The position numbers and the translations under genes are program-made. The notes under the pieces were generated by a model that was given only the letters and a program-made list of their open reading frames with translations, was not told the DNA's origin and did no database searches. From Planctomycetota bacterium (GTDB taxonomy: Bacteria > Planctomycetota > SZUA-567 > H5-PLA8), in the NCBI GenBank assembly GCA_038227875.1, contig JBBRPR010000056.1, forward strand, positions 1 through 55,275: DNA of 55,275 nucleotides. Direction: 5' to 3'. Shown here piece by piece: positions 39,222 to 49,532 of the stretch; within the stretch, counting starts at the first letter, position 1; each line of letters begins with the position of its first letter.

Positions 39222-39890
39222 GTAAGCCCCTCGAACCCACTGCTACGTATGCGTACAGAACTTATTTAGCGATTACCCCGAACGCAACATAAAGTTTGCA
39301 GTTTTGTGCAAATAAACAAAACCAGGAGTTTTGACACAGTCCAAAGCGCGTCAGCGTGGATCTACAGAAGCAGCTGTTGAGATTCTTCACGATGCTCGAT
39401 CACGCGTTTTCGCTAAGATCACCGTTGGTTCCCTGTGCTCGTCTAAGTTTGTAGTCGTAAAAATAGGATCCACGACGCATAGCCGGTACCCGGTTCGCGC
39501 GCATTTGCGAAAAAATTTATTCAAAACTCGGTTTGAACGGTCGAATTGAAGCGATAATCAGAAGGCGAAGCAGCGACGCCAAATCCATGAGTGGTCAGGA
39601 GAGCGAGAAAGTATACACCCTCCGCGCCTTTCGGATCCGCTTCCACAATGCCGGAAATCAATGTAGGCCATACTATTCCCCGCTACATCCGCGTGATGAC
39701 GATCACGATCAACGGAGAGATGCACGAGAATGGTACGTTTAAGAAGCAATCACCCGTGCGTTAGATTTTACAAATTTATTACATCCTTAATCGAATTCTG
39801 AACGTTTAATCAAATGCAGCACCGAAGCATGAAACCTTTTTGGGTTTGGCGCATCTATACGAATGGAATGGATATTGTCGAGGAGGTCTT

Positions 39891-41702
39891 ATGACATTGC
39901 CGAAAATCGCAACGTGTGCGCTCTCTGTTTTATTGTCCTGCGGAATTCATCTCGCCGCAGAAGAACCCCAGATGCCGGAATTTAAGAATGGCAAGGGCGG
40001 CCAGTTAATCGAACTCCCGCTGCCCAAACCGGAGGCCTTCACCAGCGGCGAGCGCAAAGGATGGAAGGTGAAGATTCCCGGAGGGCGTCCACTGGCGACG
40101 CCGGCGGTGGTGGACGGAATGCTTTTCATCGGCGGTGGGTTTGGCAGCACCGAATTTTATGCGCTGAACGCCAAGACCGGCGAACGCGTGTGGTCGTATA
40201 AGACCGGGGACGATGGCCCGACGGCCGCGGTCGTGGCCGAAGGGTGCGTCGCCTACAACACCGAAAGTTGCACGCTCTACGTCCACGAAGCGAAAACGGG
40301 AAAACTGCTGTGGGAGCATTGGCTGGGCGATCCGCTGATGAGCCAGCCGGCGATCAGCGACGGCCGCCTGTTCATGGCCTATCCCAGCGCGACCGGACAC
40401 CACTTGGTCGCGTTTGAATTGAAGACGGGCAAAGTGATCTGGGATCGGAAGATCGCTGCCGATGTCATCACTGCGCCGGTGGCCGATGCCCGGTTTCTGT
40501 GCGCTGCGACGGCCGACGGCACGCTATATCAATTCGATGCCGCGACCGGCAAGGAAATCTGGTCCCGGCAGTGCAACGCGACATCCGCGCCGCGGATCGT
40601 CGGAGAGAAAATCTATTTCAGCCAGCGCGGAGTAAAGGACATCGAGATTGCCAGTGGCGAAGGCGCCGACGCGAAGAAAACCAAATCGCAGGCGACGGTC
40701 GAAGGATTCAATATCGCCGCCGCCGGGAGCGGTGAACTGGCATACAAGGAGCCTCAAGGCGCCGTGGACGCCGCGTACCTGCTGACGGCGGAAAACTGCC
40801 GGAACGCTCAACTGGCCAACAGCAGCAGCAACGGAGCCGGGCAGGTGCTGATGCGCGGCTACGCTGCGAAGGCGGCGACTCTGAGCGATCACTTCGAAAC
40901 CGTTCAAGGTGGCAAGGAATTGAAGGAGGAACTCCAGAAATTGAGCGACAGCACGGTCGCTGCGAAATTGGATTCCGCCGAAGCCGATGCCGAGAAGGGC
41001 ATCAAGCTGGCCGAGAAGCTGGAAGCTCTGGCGCAATCCCAGCCGACGAACGCTGCCGCGGATGGGCAGAAGGATGTGCAAAAGATCGCCAAAGACCTGC
41101 GCGACACCGCTGAAAAAACCAAAGCGGCCGCGCATACCGCGCAGGTAATGGAACAGGGCGTCCAGGCGTTGCAAGGCGAACAGCAGCAAGCGCTGGCTCA
41201 GGACAGCACCGTGGGATTCGGCGGCGGAGCGCCCGAAATGGCTAAAGCCCAGGCGGCCGGAGGAAATATCGGAAAGACCAACGTTCAGGCCATTTGGGCG
41301 TACCAGGGTTCGCGCCCGTGTGTGGTCGGCGACAAAACCTACTGTGTGACGGGCGCGGAATTTCGTTCCATGAGCGGCGAAAAATTCACCGCGGATTGGA
41401 AATCGAAGGTTGAATCCAAAGTCGCGGCGTCGCGTCCGGCGTCCACTCCTGCATTGGCGGGCGGCAAGTTCTATCTCGCCACCGCCGACGGGCGCATCCT
41501 CTGCATCAGCCCTGCCGATGGAAAATCAATCTGGGAATCGAACGTCGGCGGCATGATCACGTTCGAACCCGCCGTGGCCGGAGGCACGGTCTACGCCGCG
41601 ACTAACGATGGCACGCTGATCGCGCTGGAAACGGGCGACGCGGCCGCCGACGGCTGGTCGATGTGGGGCGGATCCGCTCGCCACAACGGCCAGGAGAAGT
41701 AG
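39891..41702 (+). CDS. secreted PQQ/BamB-like beta-propeller protein with Ala/Lys/Glu-rich helical insertion
   Basis: AGGAGG RBS, signal peptide, ALNAKTGERVW / FDAATGKEIW repeats, WSMWGG...HNG C-terminus. Confidence 0.8.
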   Translation: MTLPKIATCALSVLLSCGIHLAAEEPQMPEFKNGKGGQLIELPLPKPEAFTSGERKGWKVKIPGGRPLATPAVVDGMLFIGGGFGSTEFYALNAKTGERVWSYKTGDDGPTAAVVAEGCVAYNTESCTLYVHEAKTGKLLWEHWLGDPLMSQPAISDGRLFMAYPSATGHHLVAFELKTGKVIWDRKIAADVITAPVADARFLCAATADGTLYQFDAATGKEIWSRQCNATSAPRIVGEKIYFSQRGVKDIEIASGEGADAKKTKSQATVEGFNIAAAGSGELAYKEPQGAVDAAYLLTAENCRNAQLANSSSNGAGQVLMRGYAAKAATLSDHFETVQGGKELKEELQKLSDSTVAAKLDSAEADAEKGIKLAEKLEALAQSQPTNAAADGQKDVQKIAKDLRDTAEKTKAAAHTAQVMEQGVQALQGEQQQALAQDSTVGFGGGAPEMAKAQAAGGNIGKTNVQAIWAYQGSRPCVVGDKTYCVTGAEFRSMSGEKFTADWKSKVESKVAASRPASTPALAGGKFYLATADGRILCISPADGKSIWESNVGGMITFEPAVAGGTVYAATNDGTLIALETGDAAADGWSMWGGSARHNGQEK

Positions 41703-41858
41703 TAACTCAATTCCAACCGCCACTTCGGTCAAACAACCGCTCGCAGAATGCGACCACGAAGGTTCGCGGCACCGTTTTGGTCAGATGCCGAATACAGCTC
41801 AGGGCGCTGGCTTGGTTGTACTACATGGTCCGGTGTGCAGCTAAGCGACGCAGTCGAT

Positions 41859-44633
41859 TTATTTCACCGCCAGCGCCGACGGGTCGACGAATACACCGCT
41901 GACTGTTGCATTGGCTTTGCCGGTGCTGATGAAGTGAAAGGATGTTTGTCCTTTGATATTCCAAATGAGATACTTTCCGTTCTTAAATTCCGCCACAGAT
42001 TGGGTGTCGAGAACAGCATCGGTTTCGGCGTCTCGCACTTCCACTTTGACTGCTCGTCCCAATGCATCCCAATCCATCAAGTACAGGGCCACTTGATGTT
42101 CCTTGCCGTCTGAAATTCCGATGTCGAGATCGAAAAAGGTACTGGGGCTGTACCAGCAGGCGGCGATGCGATCCTTGGCATCGCCGGATTTTTGCAGCGC
42201 CCGCGCATCCGGGGTCGTCTCGGCCCAGGTGTGCTCGTCATGATTCTTCGGCGTGACCACGGCGCACTTTGGCGCGGTCGATCCCGGGTCGCGTTCGACC
42301 ACTGCGCCCTCGGATCCGTAAACTCCTTTCCACCCACCGGATGTTGTCTCGTCGGTCTTCACGAATTTTGCTTTGGCGCGGACGACTTCCGGAGCGGTGA
42401 AGGTCAGTGTCTCTCGACGCGGTTCTCCCTGATCGACTTGGTAACATGGATACGTCAGTGTGATCGAGTCGCCGGCCTTCCACGTCCTGTCCGTCAAGGA
42501 TAAGGTTGCGCCCTCGGCGGAGACTCTCACGTCTGTGACCTTGGCCCCGGTGACCGAAAAATTCGCGGCGTTGTTCCAGTAGGAAGTAAGCGGAGAGTTG
42601 CTGGTCAGGACTATCGTTTGACCGAAGCACATCGCGTATTTCAGTTCGCGGTCCGCGTTCCAGCCAAAGGCCGGTGCCGGGAGTTTATTCTTGCCCATGA
42701 GCGCTCCGGTGCCTGCATAGGAAATACTGAACGGAACTGCGATACCTTTGATATCAACAACGATGGTGTCGCCCGTCATCGTCGCATTGGCCGGTTTGGC
42801 GGCACCCTTGGCGTCGGTAATCAGAACATCTTTCAGATCGTTCGCCCCGTCTTTCAAGACGAGGCCACCACCGGTCTGTTTGAATTGAAAAGTAAGCAAG
42901 TCCTTCGTCGCGGTAACGCCCTCGAGATAAATGCCATGCTCTGCCAGATCGTAACAGGCGATGCAATCTTGCATGCGCACGTAAAGCCTGCCATCGGCAA
43001 CGGTGGGCGAGGCCCAGAAGTTGAGCGGCGCACCTTTGTAGTCGATCCGGCCGAGTTCCTGGTAACCTTCCGGCGTAGCCTTGAACATCACTGTCGTGCT
43101 GCCAATTTTGTCGAGGTTGGCATGGGCAATGATTTTACCGTCGACGAGAATCGGCGATGGCGTCTCGGTGTGTGCGAATTTCTGCGTCCATTTCATCTTG
43201 CCGGTGAGCAGATCGTGACAGTGGGCACCTGAGTTGGCATAACCGCCGCCCACCGTGTAAACGAAACCCTTGTCGATCACGGCGCTGCTGCCGCGTTCGT
43301 CTCCCGGCGAGCGGCTGTCTTTGGGGTTCCAGGCAAGCTCGCCTTTGGCGGGCGTTAATTTGAACGCCCAGATTGATCCCTTGCCGAAGGCTACGGCCAT
43401 GTCGCCATGGATGGCCGGGGTCGTATAGCCCGGTCCGGAGTCGCCAAAGATTCGCCAGAGGATTTTGCCGTCCGCCGGATCGACGCAGAGCAGATCGGCA
43501 CCCTTGTTGGCTCGGCCGTAGCCGATCAGATAATTCTTGTTGTCATGGGTCCAGAGGGACGCGGAGCAACTGTCCATCACGTTTCGCGCATCCGGCTGAT
43601 TCCAGAGCACCGTGCCTTTTTCGGCATCGTAGGCGGTGAGCCCACTGGGATCGAAAAGGAAAACCGCGTTGTTGCATACCAGCGGTGACGAGTTGCTGAA
43701 TTTGCTCTTCGCCTGCCACACCAGGGCGCCATCCGCGACGGAGAGGCAGTACACTCCCGCGCTTCCGCTTACATAACATTTTCCACCTGCGATCGCCGGG
43801 GTGCTCGATGCCAGAAAGCCATAGGTGAAACTGGGCAGCGCCTGTCCCGGGAATTCCTTCTTCCACAGTTCCTTGCCGGTCGCCGCGTCCAGGCAGACGA
43901 GGCGGTCGGTCCAGATAAAACCGTTTACACCCAGCAGGCTGCGGATTTCGCCATTGTGTTCCGCATGGCCGTGCAGCAGATCGCCGGACTTCTGGTTCCA
44001 GTCCTCGACGGAAGCACATTCCTTGTCCCGCATTTTCGCGAGCCGGGTCAGCAGCCCGAATGAAATGCGCTCATCCCATTGCGACTGCAGGCTTTTTCGG
44101 ATGAGATCGCCCATCTTCGACGCCTCGTCGGGGTTGAGTGTGGAGAGAAACTGCGCGAGGTAGGGCTCCATCTCCTTCTTGCCGACGAGATCGAACCGGT
44201 AAGCCTTATCGACTTTCCCCGCAAGTTCCTCCGTGATCCCTTCGACCCACCCCATGCTGCGCAGCGCGTCGGTGGTGAAGATGACTTTCTCCTTCCGGGC
44301 CTTGCCGTGCACGAAGAAAATGGCTTTGCCACCCGCGATGGAGACGCTGCCGCACCCGCCCACCGGCGCGCCCTGATTGCCGACCGGCCCTCCGTCGCCG
44401 ATCCCCTCAATCTTCGCGCTCTTCCAGAGCAACGTGGGGCCACCTTCGGGCCAATGATCGAGCAGCTTCGGACTGGCGCGCACCACGCCATCGCGTGTGG
44501 GCCCGCCCCGCCATTGCGGCCAGTCGTTGTCCGCGGAGCCGGTCTCGCCACCCGCGACCGTCGAGGCAATGGCCGCCAGAATCAGCACAACGATTGCTGC
44601 AAGGGTGTGAGTTTTGGTCGGTTGCAAATTCAT
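41859..44633 (-). CDS. secreted PQQ/BamB-like beta-propeller protein with C-terminal accessory domains
   Basis: Signal peptide, DWPQWRGG, CLDAATGKELW. C-terminal WKGVYGSEG...ALYLMDWD domain. Confidence 0.8.
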   Translation of the reverse strand: MNLQPTKTHTLAAIVVLILAAIASTVAGGETGSADNDWPQWRGGPTRDGVVRASPKLLDHWPEGGPTLLWKSAKIEGIGDGGPVGNQGAPVGGCGSVSIAGGKAIFFVHGKARKEKVIFTTDALRSMGWVEGITEELAGKVDKAYRFDLVGKKEMEPYLAQFLSTLNPDEASKMGDLIRKSLQSQWDERISFGLLTRLAKMRDKECASVEDWNQKSGDLLHGHAEHNGEIRSLLGVNGFIWTDRLVCLDAATGKELWKKEFPGQALPSFTYGFLASSTPAIAGGKCYVSGSAGVYCLSVADGALVWQAKSKFSNSSPLVCNNAVFLFDPSGLTAYDAEKGTVLWNQPDARNVMDSCSASLWTHDNKNYLIGYGRANKGADLLCVDPADGKILWRIFGDSGPGYTTPAIHGDMAVAFGKGSIWAFKLTPAKGELAWNPKDSRSPGDERGSSAVIDKGFVYTVGGGYANSGAHCHDLLTGKMKWTQKFAHTETPSPILVDGKIIAHANLDKIGSTTVMFKATPEGYQELGRIDYKGAPLNFWASPTVADGRLYVRMQDCIACYDLAEHGIYLEGVTATKDLLTFQFKQTGGGLVLKDGANDLKDVLITDAKGAAKPANATMTGDTIVVDIKGIAVPFSISYAGTGALMGKNKLPAPAFGWNADRELKYAMCFGQTIVLTSNSPLTSYWNNAANFSVTGAKVTDVRVSAEGATLSLTDRTWKAGDSITLTYPCYQVDQGEPRRETLTFTAPEVVRAKAKFVKTDETTSGGWKGVYGSEGAVVERDPGSTAPKCAVVTPKNHDEHTWAETTPDARALQKSGDAKDRIAACWYSPSTFFDLDIGISDGKEHQVALYLMDWDALGRAVKVEVRDAETDAVLDTQSVAEFKNGKYLIWNIKGQTSFHFISTGKANATVSGVFVDPSALAVK

Positions 44634-44909
44634 TTCTGGCACTCCTGTGTTCAACTTTTTTCCAGAGCACTCAGTTCGCGAGCACGCGGCATCTCACCTG
44701 TAGCGCATTTATAGTAGTCCGCGCCGCGCGGCCAATTCATCGAATAATAACTTTCCGCATTTATGTTGCCTTCTTGTTTCCTTTATTAATCGAACGCGAA
44801 AACTACATCTGGCCCGGAAATCACGTTGATTCTTGACGAGTCCAGCCCTTTTCTATCTACATAATTAAAAGGCGACCCTGTATCCTTGGTCCAATCAGAG
44901 AACTCGATC

Positions 44910-44998
44910 ATGTTTTCAAAATCAGCAGAACTTTATGACCTGACTACGATCCCCAAGGACTGACCGGACGAGGCATGTATGTGGCGGTGGAAGCGTGA
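44910..44998 (+). pseudogene. remnant of a class I SAM methyltransferase (only N- and C-termini left)
   Basis: MFSKSAELYDL is joined out of frame to YDPQGLTGRGMYVAVEA-stop. Confidence 0.55.
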
Positions 44999-45037
44999 AG
45001 AGCAGCGCTCTGCGGTGAACGATTCGATCGTGTCCTG

Positions 45038-45081
45038 AAAAAAAAGCGGGGCCTTGCGCTCTCGGCGCAAGGCCCCTTCTT
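45038..45081. terminator. intrinsic terminator downstream of melA
   Basis: A-tract plus GGGGCCTTGCGC-TCTCG-GCGCAAGGCCCC. Confidence 0.85.
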
Positions 45082-45108
45082 CAACCTGAGTGTCCCATCA
45101 TCGCAGCA

Positions 45109-46977
45109 TCAAAAATTCGCCTTTGGAATGCTGATCCCGAATGCCCAGCGGCCGACGTAGTTGTCGATCTTTACCAGGAACTTGTTGATGCCGGCGTTCA
45201 GATGAATGGCAGCCTTATCCGCGTTGGCGACGTAGCCTCGGCCGACTTCGTGTTCGTGCACGACTTTGCCGTTCAGCCAGATCTTGATGCCGTCGTCGCT
45301 GCCGCAGGTGAGTTCGACTTCGCGCGCGTGCACGGATTCGATTTCCGCGTACGCGTAACCAACGCACCATTCGACATCGCCCAGCGCCGTGGTCAGATCG
45401 ACGTCGCCCTTCTTGCCGATCGTCACTTCCTTCCACTTGAACGTCTCGCCACCGACCTTGTACTTCGCCTTCAGATCGATGCCGCCGTCGGCCTTCACGT
45501 CGTCTTCCACCGGCGTGTGGAACGCCAGTGAGATCTTGCCTGGCTTGTCGCCCTTGAATGGCCCGATCACGCTCCACTTGGCGATCGCGTCGTCGGTGGC
45601 CTGCTTCTGAGCGGCATCCCAACTGGCGCGCAGGTCCGCCGGATCGACGGCACTGAAGCGCTTGCCGCTGGTCGGCACCAGCGACTTGCCGTTGAGCTTC
45701 GGCAGGAACTCGCCGTGCCCGGCGATCAGTTCGTCGCACATTTCGACGATCTGGTCGAGCGTCAGCGTTGCGGCAGTCAACGGGTCGAACATGGCGGCCT
45801 GGTAGAGGTGGTCGCGGCGACCTTCCATCGCGGCCCGGATGAACAGTTCGTGCTGCGTCACGTGCGGCTGGATGTAGCCGATCAGTTGCGGCGGCAGTTC
45901 ACCCACAGTCGTGAAGCGCAAGCCGCTGCGATCGACCAGCGTGGGGACTTCCGCGATCGCCGTCGGCGCCAGATTCGAAATCGCGCCGCCATTGGGCATG
46001 TTACCGTACACCACGCTCGGTTCGCCGGTTACCATTGCATGGATGATCGTGCTGCCGTATTCGTGGCTGCGCTGCACTGACATCGGCGCGTTCGATTTAC
46101 CCAGCGCCTTCATACGCTCGAATTCGTCGACGATGCCGTCGCAGCGGCGCAGGTATTCGTCGATCGGCACGTCGAACTTCTTGATCTGTTCCTTGCCATG
46201 CGGAATGAAGTACGGGCTGTATTCGGCGTTGTGCTCGCTCGATTCGGTGACGAAGTGGCCGAGGCGCCGCATCATTTCGAAGCGCACCTTATTGGTGTTG
46301 TAGATGTCCGGCTTGCCCATCGCTTCGAACAGGCGCGGGTACAGGTCGACGCCGTCCTTCTCGATGTTCAGGTAGAACGCCATGTGATTGATGCCGGCGC
46401 AGGTAAAGGCAATCTTCTCCGGGTCTTCCTTGATGTAGCGCATCAACTGGTTGAACGTGCCTTGAACACTGTGGCACAGGCCGACGGCTTTGATGCTGCT
46501 GGTTCGCGAGATCGTCTGCATGTTCATGGACATCGGATTGGAGTAATTCAGCAGCAATGCGCGCGGGCAGCCTTTTTCCATGTCCTCGCAAAGACCCTTG
46601 AGCATCGGGTAGGTGCGCAGGGCGCGGAATAGGCCGCCGGGGCCGGTGGTATCGGCGATGGTGAAGTTGAGGCCGTATTTTCGCGGAATTTCAAAATCGA
46701 CCAACGTGCTGTTGAAGCCGCCGATTTGCACGGTGTTAAAGACAAAGTCGGCGCCTTCGACGGCCTTGCGGCGGTCGGTGTAGAGTTCAATCTTGGGATT
46801 GGCGCCCAGTGCCTTCGCGACTTTTTTGCAGAGCTGGCCGGCGACTTCGAGGCGCTCCTTGTCGATATCCATATACGCAAACGTTGCGTTCTTGAATTCC
46901 GGGTATCCCAGAATGTCACCGGTAAGGTTTTTCGTGAAAACGACGCTGCCTGCGCCGATCATGGCAATCTTGAACAT
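45109..46977 (-). CDS. melA: GH4 alpha-galactosidase with extra C-terminal beta-sandwich module
   Basis: IGAGSVVF, ADTTGPGG, YSNPM, VGLCHSVQ, GINH, TESSEHNAEY. Confidence 0.9.
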   Translation of the reverse strand: MFKIAMIGAGSVVFTKNLTGDILGYPEFKNATFAYMDIDKERLEVAGQLCKKVAKALGANPKIELYTDRRKAVEGADFVFNTVQIGGFNSTLVDFEIPRKYGLNFTIADTTGPGGLFRALRTYPMLKGLCEDMEKGCPRALLLNYSNPMSMNMQTISRTSSIKAVGLCHSVQGTFNQLMRYIKEDPEKIAFTCAGINHMAFYLNIEKDGVDLYPRLFEAMGKPDIYNTNKVRFEMMRRLGHFVTESSEHNAEYSPYFIPHGKEQIKKFDVPIDEYLRRCDGIVDEFERMKALGKSNAPMSVQRSHEYGSTIIHAMVTGEPSVVYGNMPNGGAISNLAPTAIAEVPTLVDRSGLRFTTVGELPPQLIGYIQPHVTQHELFIRAAMEGRRDHLYQAAMFDPLTAATLTLDQIVEMCDELIAGHGEFLPKLNGKSLVPTSGKRFSAVDPADLRASWDAAQKQATDDAIAKWSVIGPFKGDKPGKISLAFHTPVEDDVKADGGIDLKAKYKVGGETFKWKEVTIGKKGDVDLTTALGDVEWCVGYAYAEIESVHAREVELTCGSDDGIKIWLNGKVVHEHEVGRGYVANADKAAIHLNAGINKFLVKIDNYVGRWAFGISIPKANF

Positions 46978-47150
46978 GGATCTCGTTTCTCCGCCCTATG
47001 AGTAGAAATGTGACAACAGTGAATAAAAATAAGGCCGCGGTGCTCTGGTACACATAGCCTTTTCATGACATTGATAGCACAAATGAGAACAAGAAAGACT
47101 GTCACTGAACCTGCCTTTTAAAGGTCCAGCGAGCGACTGATTCAGCGCAC

Positions 47151-49400
47151 TTACTTCTCCCCGATGCAATACAGGTACTCATCGCCGTGCAGAAAGATTC
47201 GATTGCCGTCGAAGTACATTCCAGCGTTGAAGACTTCCTGTCGGCCGGGAGCGGAAAATTGACCACCGGCCCGTAAGGCGGAGTTACTGAGGTTTTGAAG
47301 TATATTGTTACCCACCACCGTGCCCTCAGCATCAGGTTTGAGAATCGTCATGTATCCGACGTCGTCCAGCAGATAGATGTTTTTTCCCGCGAGCGTTGGA
47401 CTGGCGCAGTAACCGAAGAGTGAATGGTCATTAAAATTATAGCCGTCCATCCAACGCAAATAGGCAGGCTTTTTTTCCCGAGTATCAATCACCACTAGAT
47501 ATCCGCTCGGAAGTACCTGGTAGAGTAATCCACTCACATAAAGCGGCGAGGCGATGTAAAAAGGGTCTATCGTGTTAATTAATGGACCATAGATGGCAGC
47601 TTTATCCAGGCTCCAGAGGACCTTCGGCTTGTCACCCGTTTTAGAAGGAATCGAAACGGCTTGGAATTCACGCTTACGCGAAATCGAGTTGTAAAGCACG
47701 CCATCCTCCACAACTGGGAGGTACGGGCCGAATGCTTCATACCCGCCCGTTGAAAGAATTGCTCCACCCAGACCGATCAGGCTACTGGCAGTCTGCAGCG
47801 CCCGCTTGCCATCGAACTGCACCAAAATCGGAGTGCCATCAATGCCGTGCTGACTCGGACCCGTGGGCGTCCGCCATAGTTCTTTGCCCGTCGCCGCATC
47901 GTCAGCGATCAACATCCCGTCCGTGCTGACAAGCAACTTGCCCTCGCAGAGCACGGGTGAGCGATGGGTGCCGTGTTCGCCAGTGCCCTTTTGTAGGTAT
48001 TCGAAGTTGCTCCAGATCAACTTTCCGTCCAGGTCAAACCCCGACGTCAGGTACCCGCCGTTCCCCTGGACCACCCAATACACGCGCAGACCGTCGCTGG
48101 CAGGCGTGGCATTTCCAGGGGAAACCTCGTTGAGATAGAGTTTGCCTTTTTGACCTGTAGCGAGGGTGTCGTGCACGGACCTCAAGAATTTCCGTCGTTC
48201 ATCGAGAACCTTGTCGATGGCAATCTGTCCGCTTGCGTCCGCGCCATGGGACGAAATATTCGCGTTGAGCAGCGAGACCAATTCCAAGTTGTCCGCTTCC
48301 AGCTTCGTCAACAGCGGTTCGGCCTTGTCCTTTATTGCGGAACGCTCCTCGGCGGTCATCGCGTCCCAGTACGTTCCGGTATGCATCCACAGAATCTTGC
48401 CGCTGCGTTTATCCATGCAGAATAGATCGGAGTAGTTGCTACCGACAAACACCTTGTCACCGACAACGATGGGTTGTGACATATTGAACCCCGTCAACTT
48501 AACCATCCAGGCGATGTTTTTTGTTTCATAGCCGCCGGAGTAACTCTTGCGACTTCCCACGGGTCTGATGTAGGCGGCGAAGCGCCACTTGATTTTTTTC
48601 AGCACGCTGGGTTGATACTGCGACGGCAGCTGTCCCTTGTCGCAGATGGCCTTGATTAGAATACGATTCCAGCCTTCATTGAGGTGGACCTTCAAGTCGC
48701 TGCTGGTTTTGTTGATGACGCGCCGCGGGACGCCATTCACCCACATTTTTACAGCGGGCAGATCGTGTAATAGATCCATTTCCACATCGGCCTCGCGAGG
48801 AGCATAGAGATAGGTGTGCGCGTAGGCGGCTTGCTGATCGAAATGGGTGTATTCGGGAACGGCGGGCGGAGTGGGTTCCTTCGGCGGAGTCAGCGTCCCC
48901 AGCGCGAAGACAAAGTCCACCCACAAATGCCTGACTGTACCTTCGTTAAAAAGACAGTAACTCTGCGAACCCTCGTAGGCGCGATGGACTTTCCACTGTG
49001 TACTTCCGGCCTTGGCGCCGGCATCCGGCTGGACGTCGCCCTCGCCGCCGAGAAAATCGTTATCGATGTCCTTTTCGGGATCGGCGGCCGGGAATGGGCC
49101 GGCGATCAGCCAATCTTTAACCAGGAAGTACGCCAAGACGTGGCTGTCCGGGCCGGGCTTTCCATTGGGCTTGGTCGCCTGCACCACAATTTCCGACGTG
49201 ATATCCGTTAGCCGCCGGCTCCAGACAGCAGGTGGCGTGGCGCCAGGAAAACGCCCACTCCCATCACCGCGCCATCCCACCGGATGTTCTGGCGACGGAT
49301 AAAAGTCAGGCGAACCCAGCGGGGCCGTGTCGGAGGCCAGCAGCGGCATTCCGGCCGCAAACAACAAGCACGCCGCAAGCAATCCGAAGGCTATTTTCAT
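47151..49400 (-). CDS. secreted PQQ/BamB-like beta-propeller protein with inserted beta-sandwich module
   Basis: GAGGAG RBS, signal peptide, PVGWRGDGSGRFP, SQPIVVGDKVFV, DAATGKELW, YLYCIGEK. Confidence 0.8.
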   Translation of the reverse strand: MKIAFGLLAACLLFAAGMPLLASDTAPLGSPDFYPSPEHPVGWRGDGSGRFPGATPPAVWSRRLTDITSEIVVQATKPNGKPGPDSHVLAYFLVKDWLIAGPFPAADPEKDIDNDFLGGEGDVQPDAGAKAGSTQWKVHRAYEGSQSYCLFNEGTVRHLWVDFVFALGTLTPPKEPTPPAVPEYTHFDQQAAYAHTYLYAPREADVEMDLLHDLPAVKMWVNGVPRRVINKTSSDLKVHLNEGWNRILIKAICDKGQLPSQYQPSVLKKIKWRFAAYIRPVGSRKSYSGGYETKNIAWMVKLTGFNMSQPIVVGDKVFVGSNYSDLFCMDKRSGKILWMHTGTYWDAMTAEERSAIKDKAEPLLTKLEADNLELVSLLNANISSHGADASGQIAIDKVLDERRKFLRSVHDTLATGQKGKLYLNEVSPGNATPASDGLRVYWVVQGNGGYLTSGFDLDGKLIWSNFEYLQKGTGEHGTHRSPVLCEGKLLVSTDGMLIADDAATGKELWRTPTGPSQHGIDGTPILVQFDGKRALQTASSLIGLGGAILSTGGYEAFGPYLPVVEDGVLYNSISRKREFQAVSIPSKTGDKPKVLWSLDKAAIYGPLINTIDPFYIASPLYVSGLLYQVLPSGYLVVIDTREKKPAYLRWMDGYNFNDHSLFGYCASPTLAGKNIYLLDDVGYMTILKPDAEGTVVGNNILQNLSNSALRAGGQFSAPGRQEVFNAGMYFDGNRIFLHGDEYLYCIGEK

Positions 49401-49468
49401 GAGAGGCACTCCTCTATTGATCAAGTCCCGTGTGGCGCTGATCAATGTACCCTTCTCGACTTGTGAAG

Positions 49469-49502
49469 CGTGTTCTGATTTGCGATATTCGTGTTCGGAA
49501 TT
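49469..49502. promoter_or_regulatory. putative AraC/XylR direct-repeat binding site
   Basis: CGTGTTCTGATTT and CGTGTTCGGAATT, 21 bp apart, in the divergent intergenic region. Confidence 0.45.
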
Positions 49503-49532
49503 CGGACAACAAACTACCTGCGGCGGTTACTC

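Noticed and set aside
39230..39890. Small ORFs in the long gap between PiT and the propeller gene
   Set aside because: They have no recognisable motifs and atypical codons. A decayed gene is possible but unsupported.
34907..44890. AAAAGG(GG)CGACC similarity at about 34915 and 44867 as island boundary repeats
   Set aside because: Too short and degenerate, and it does not include the tRNA 3' end.
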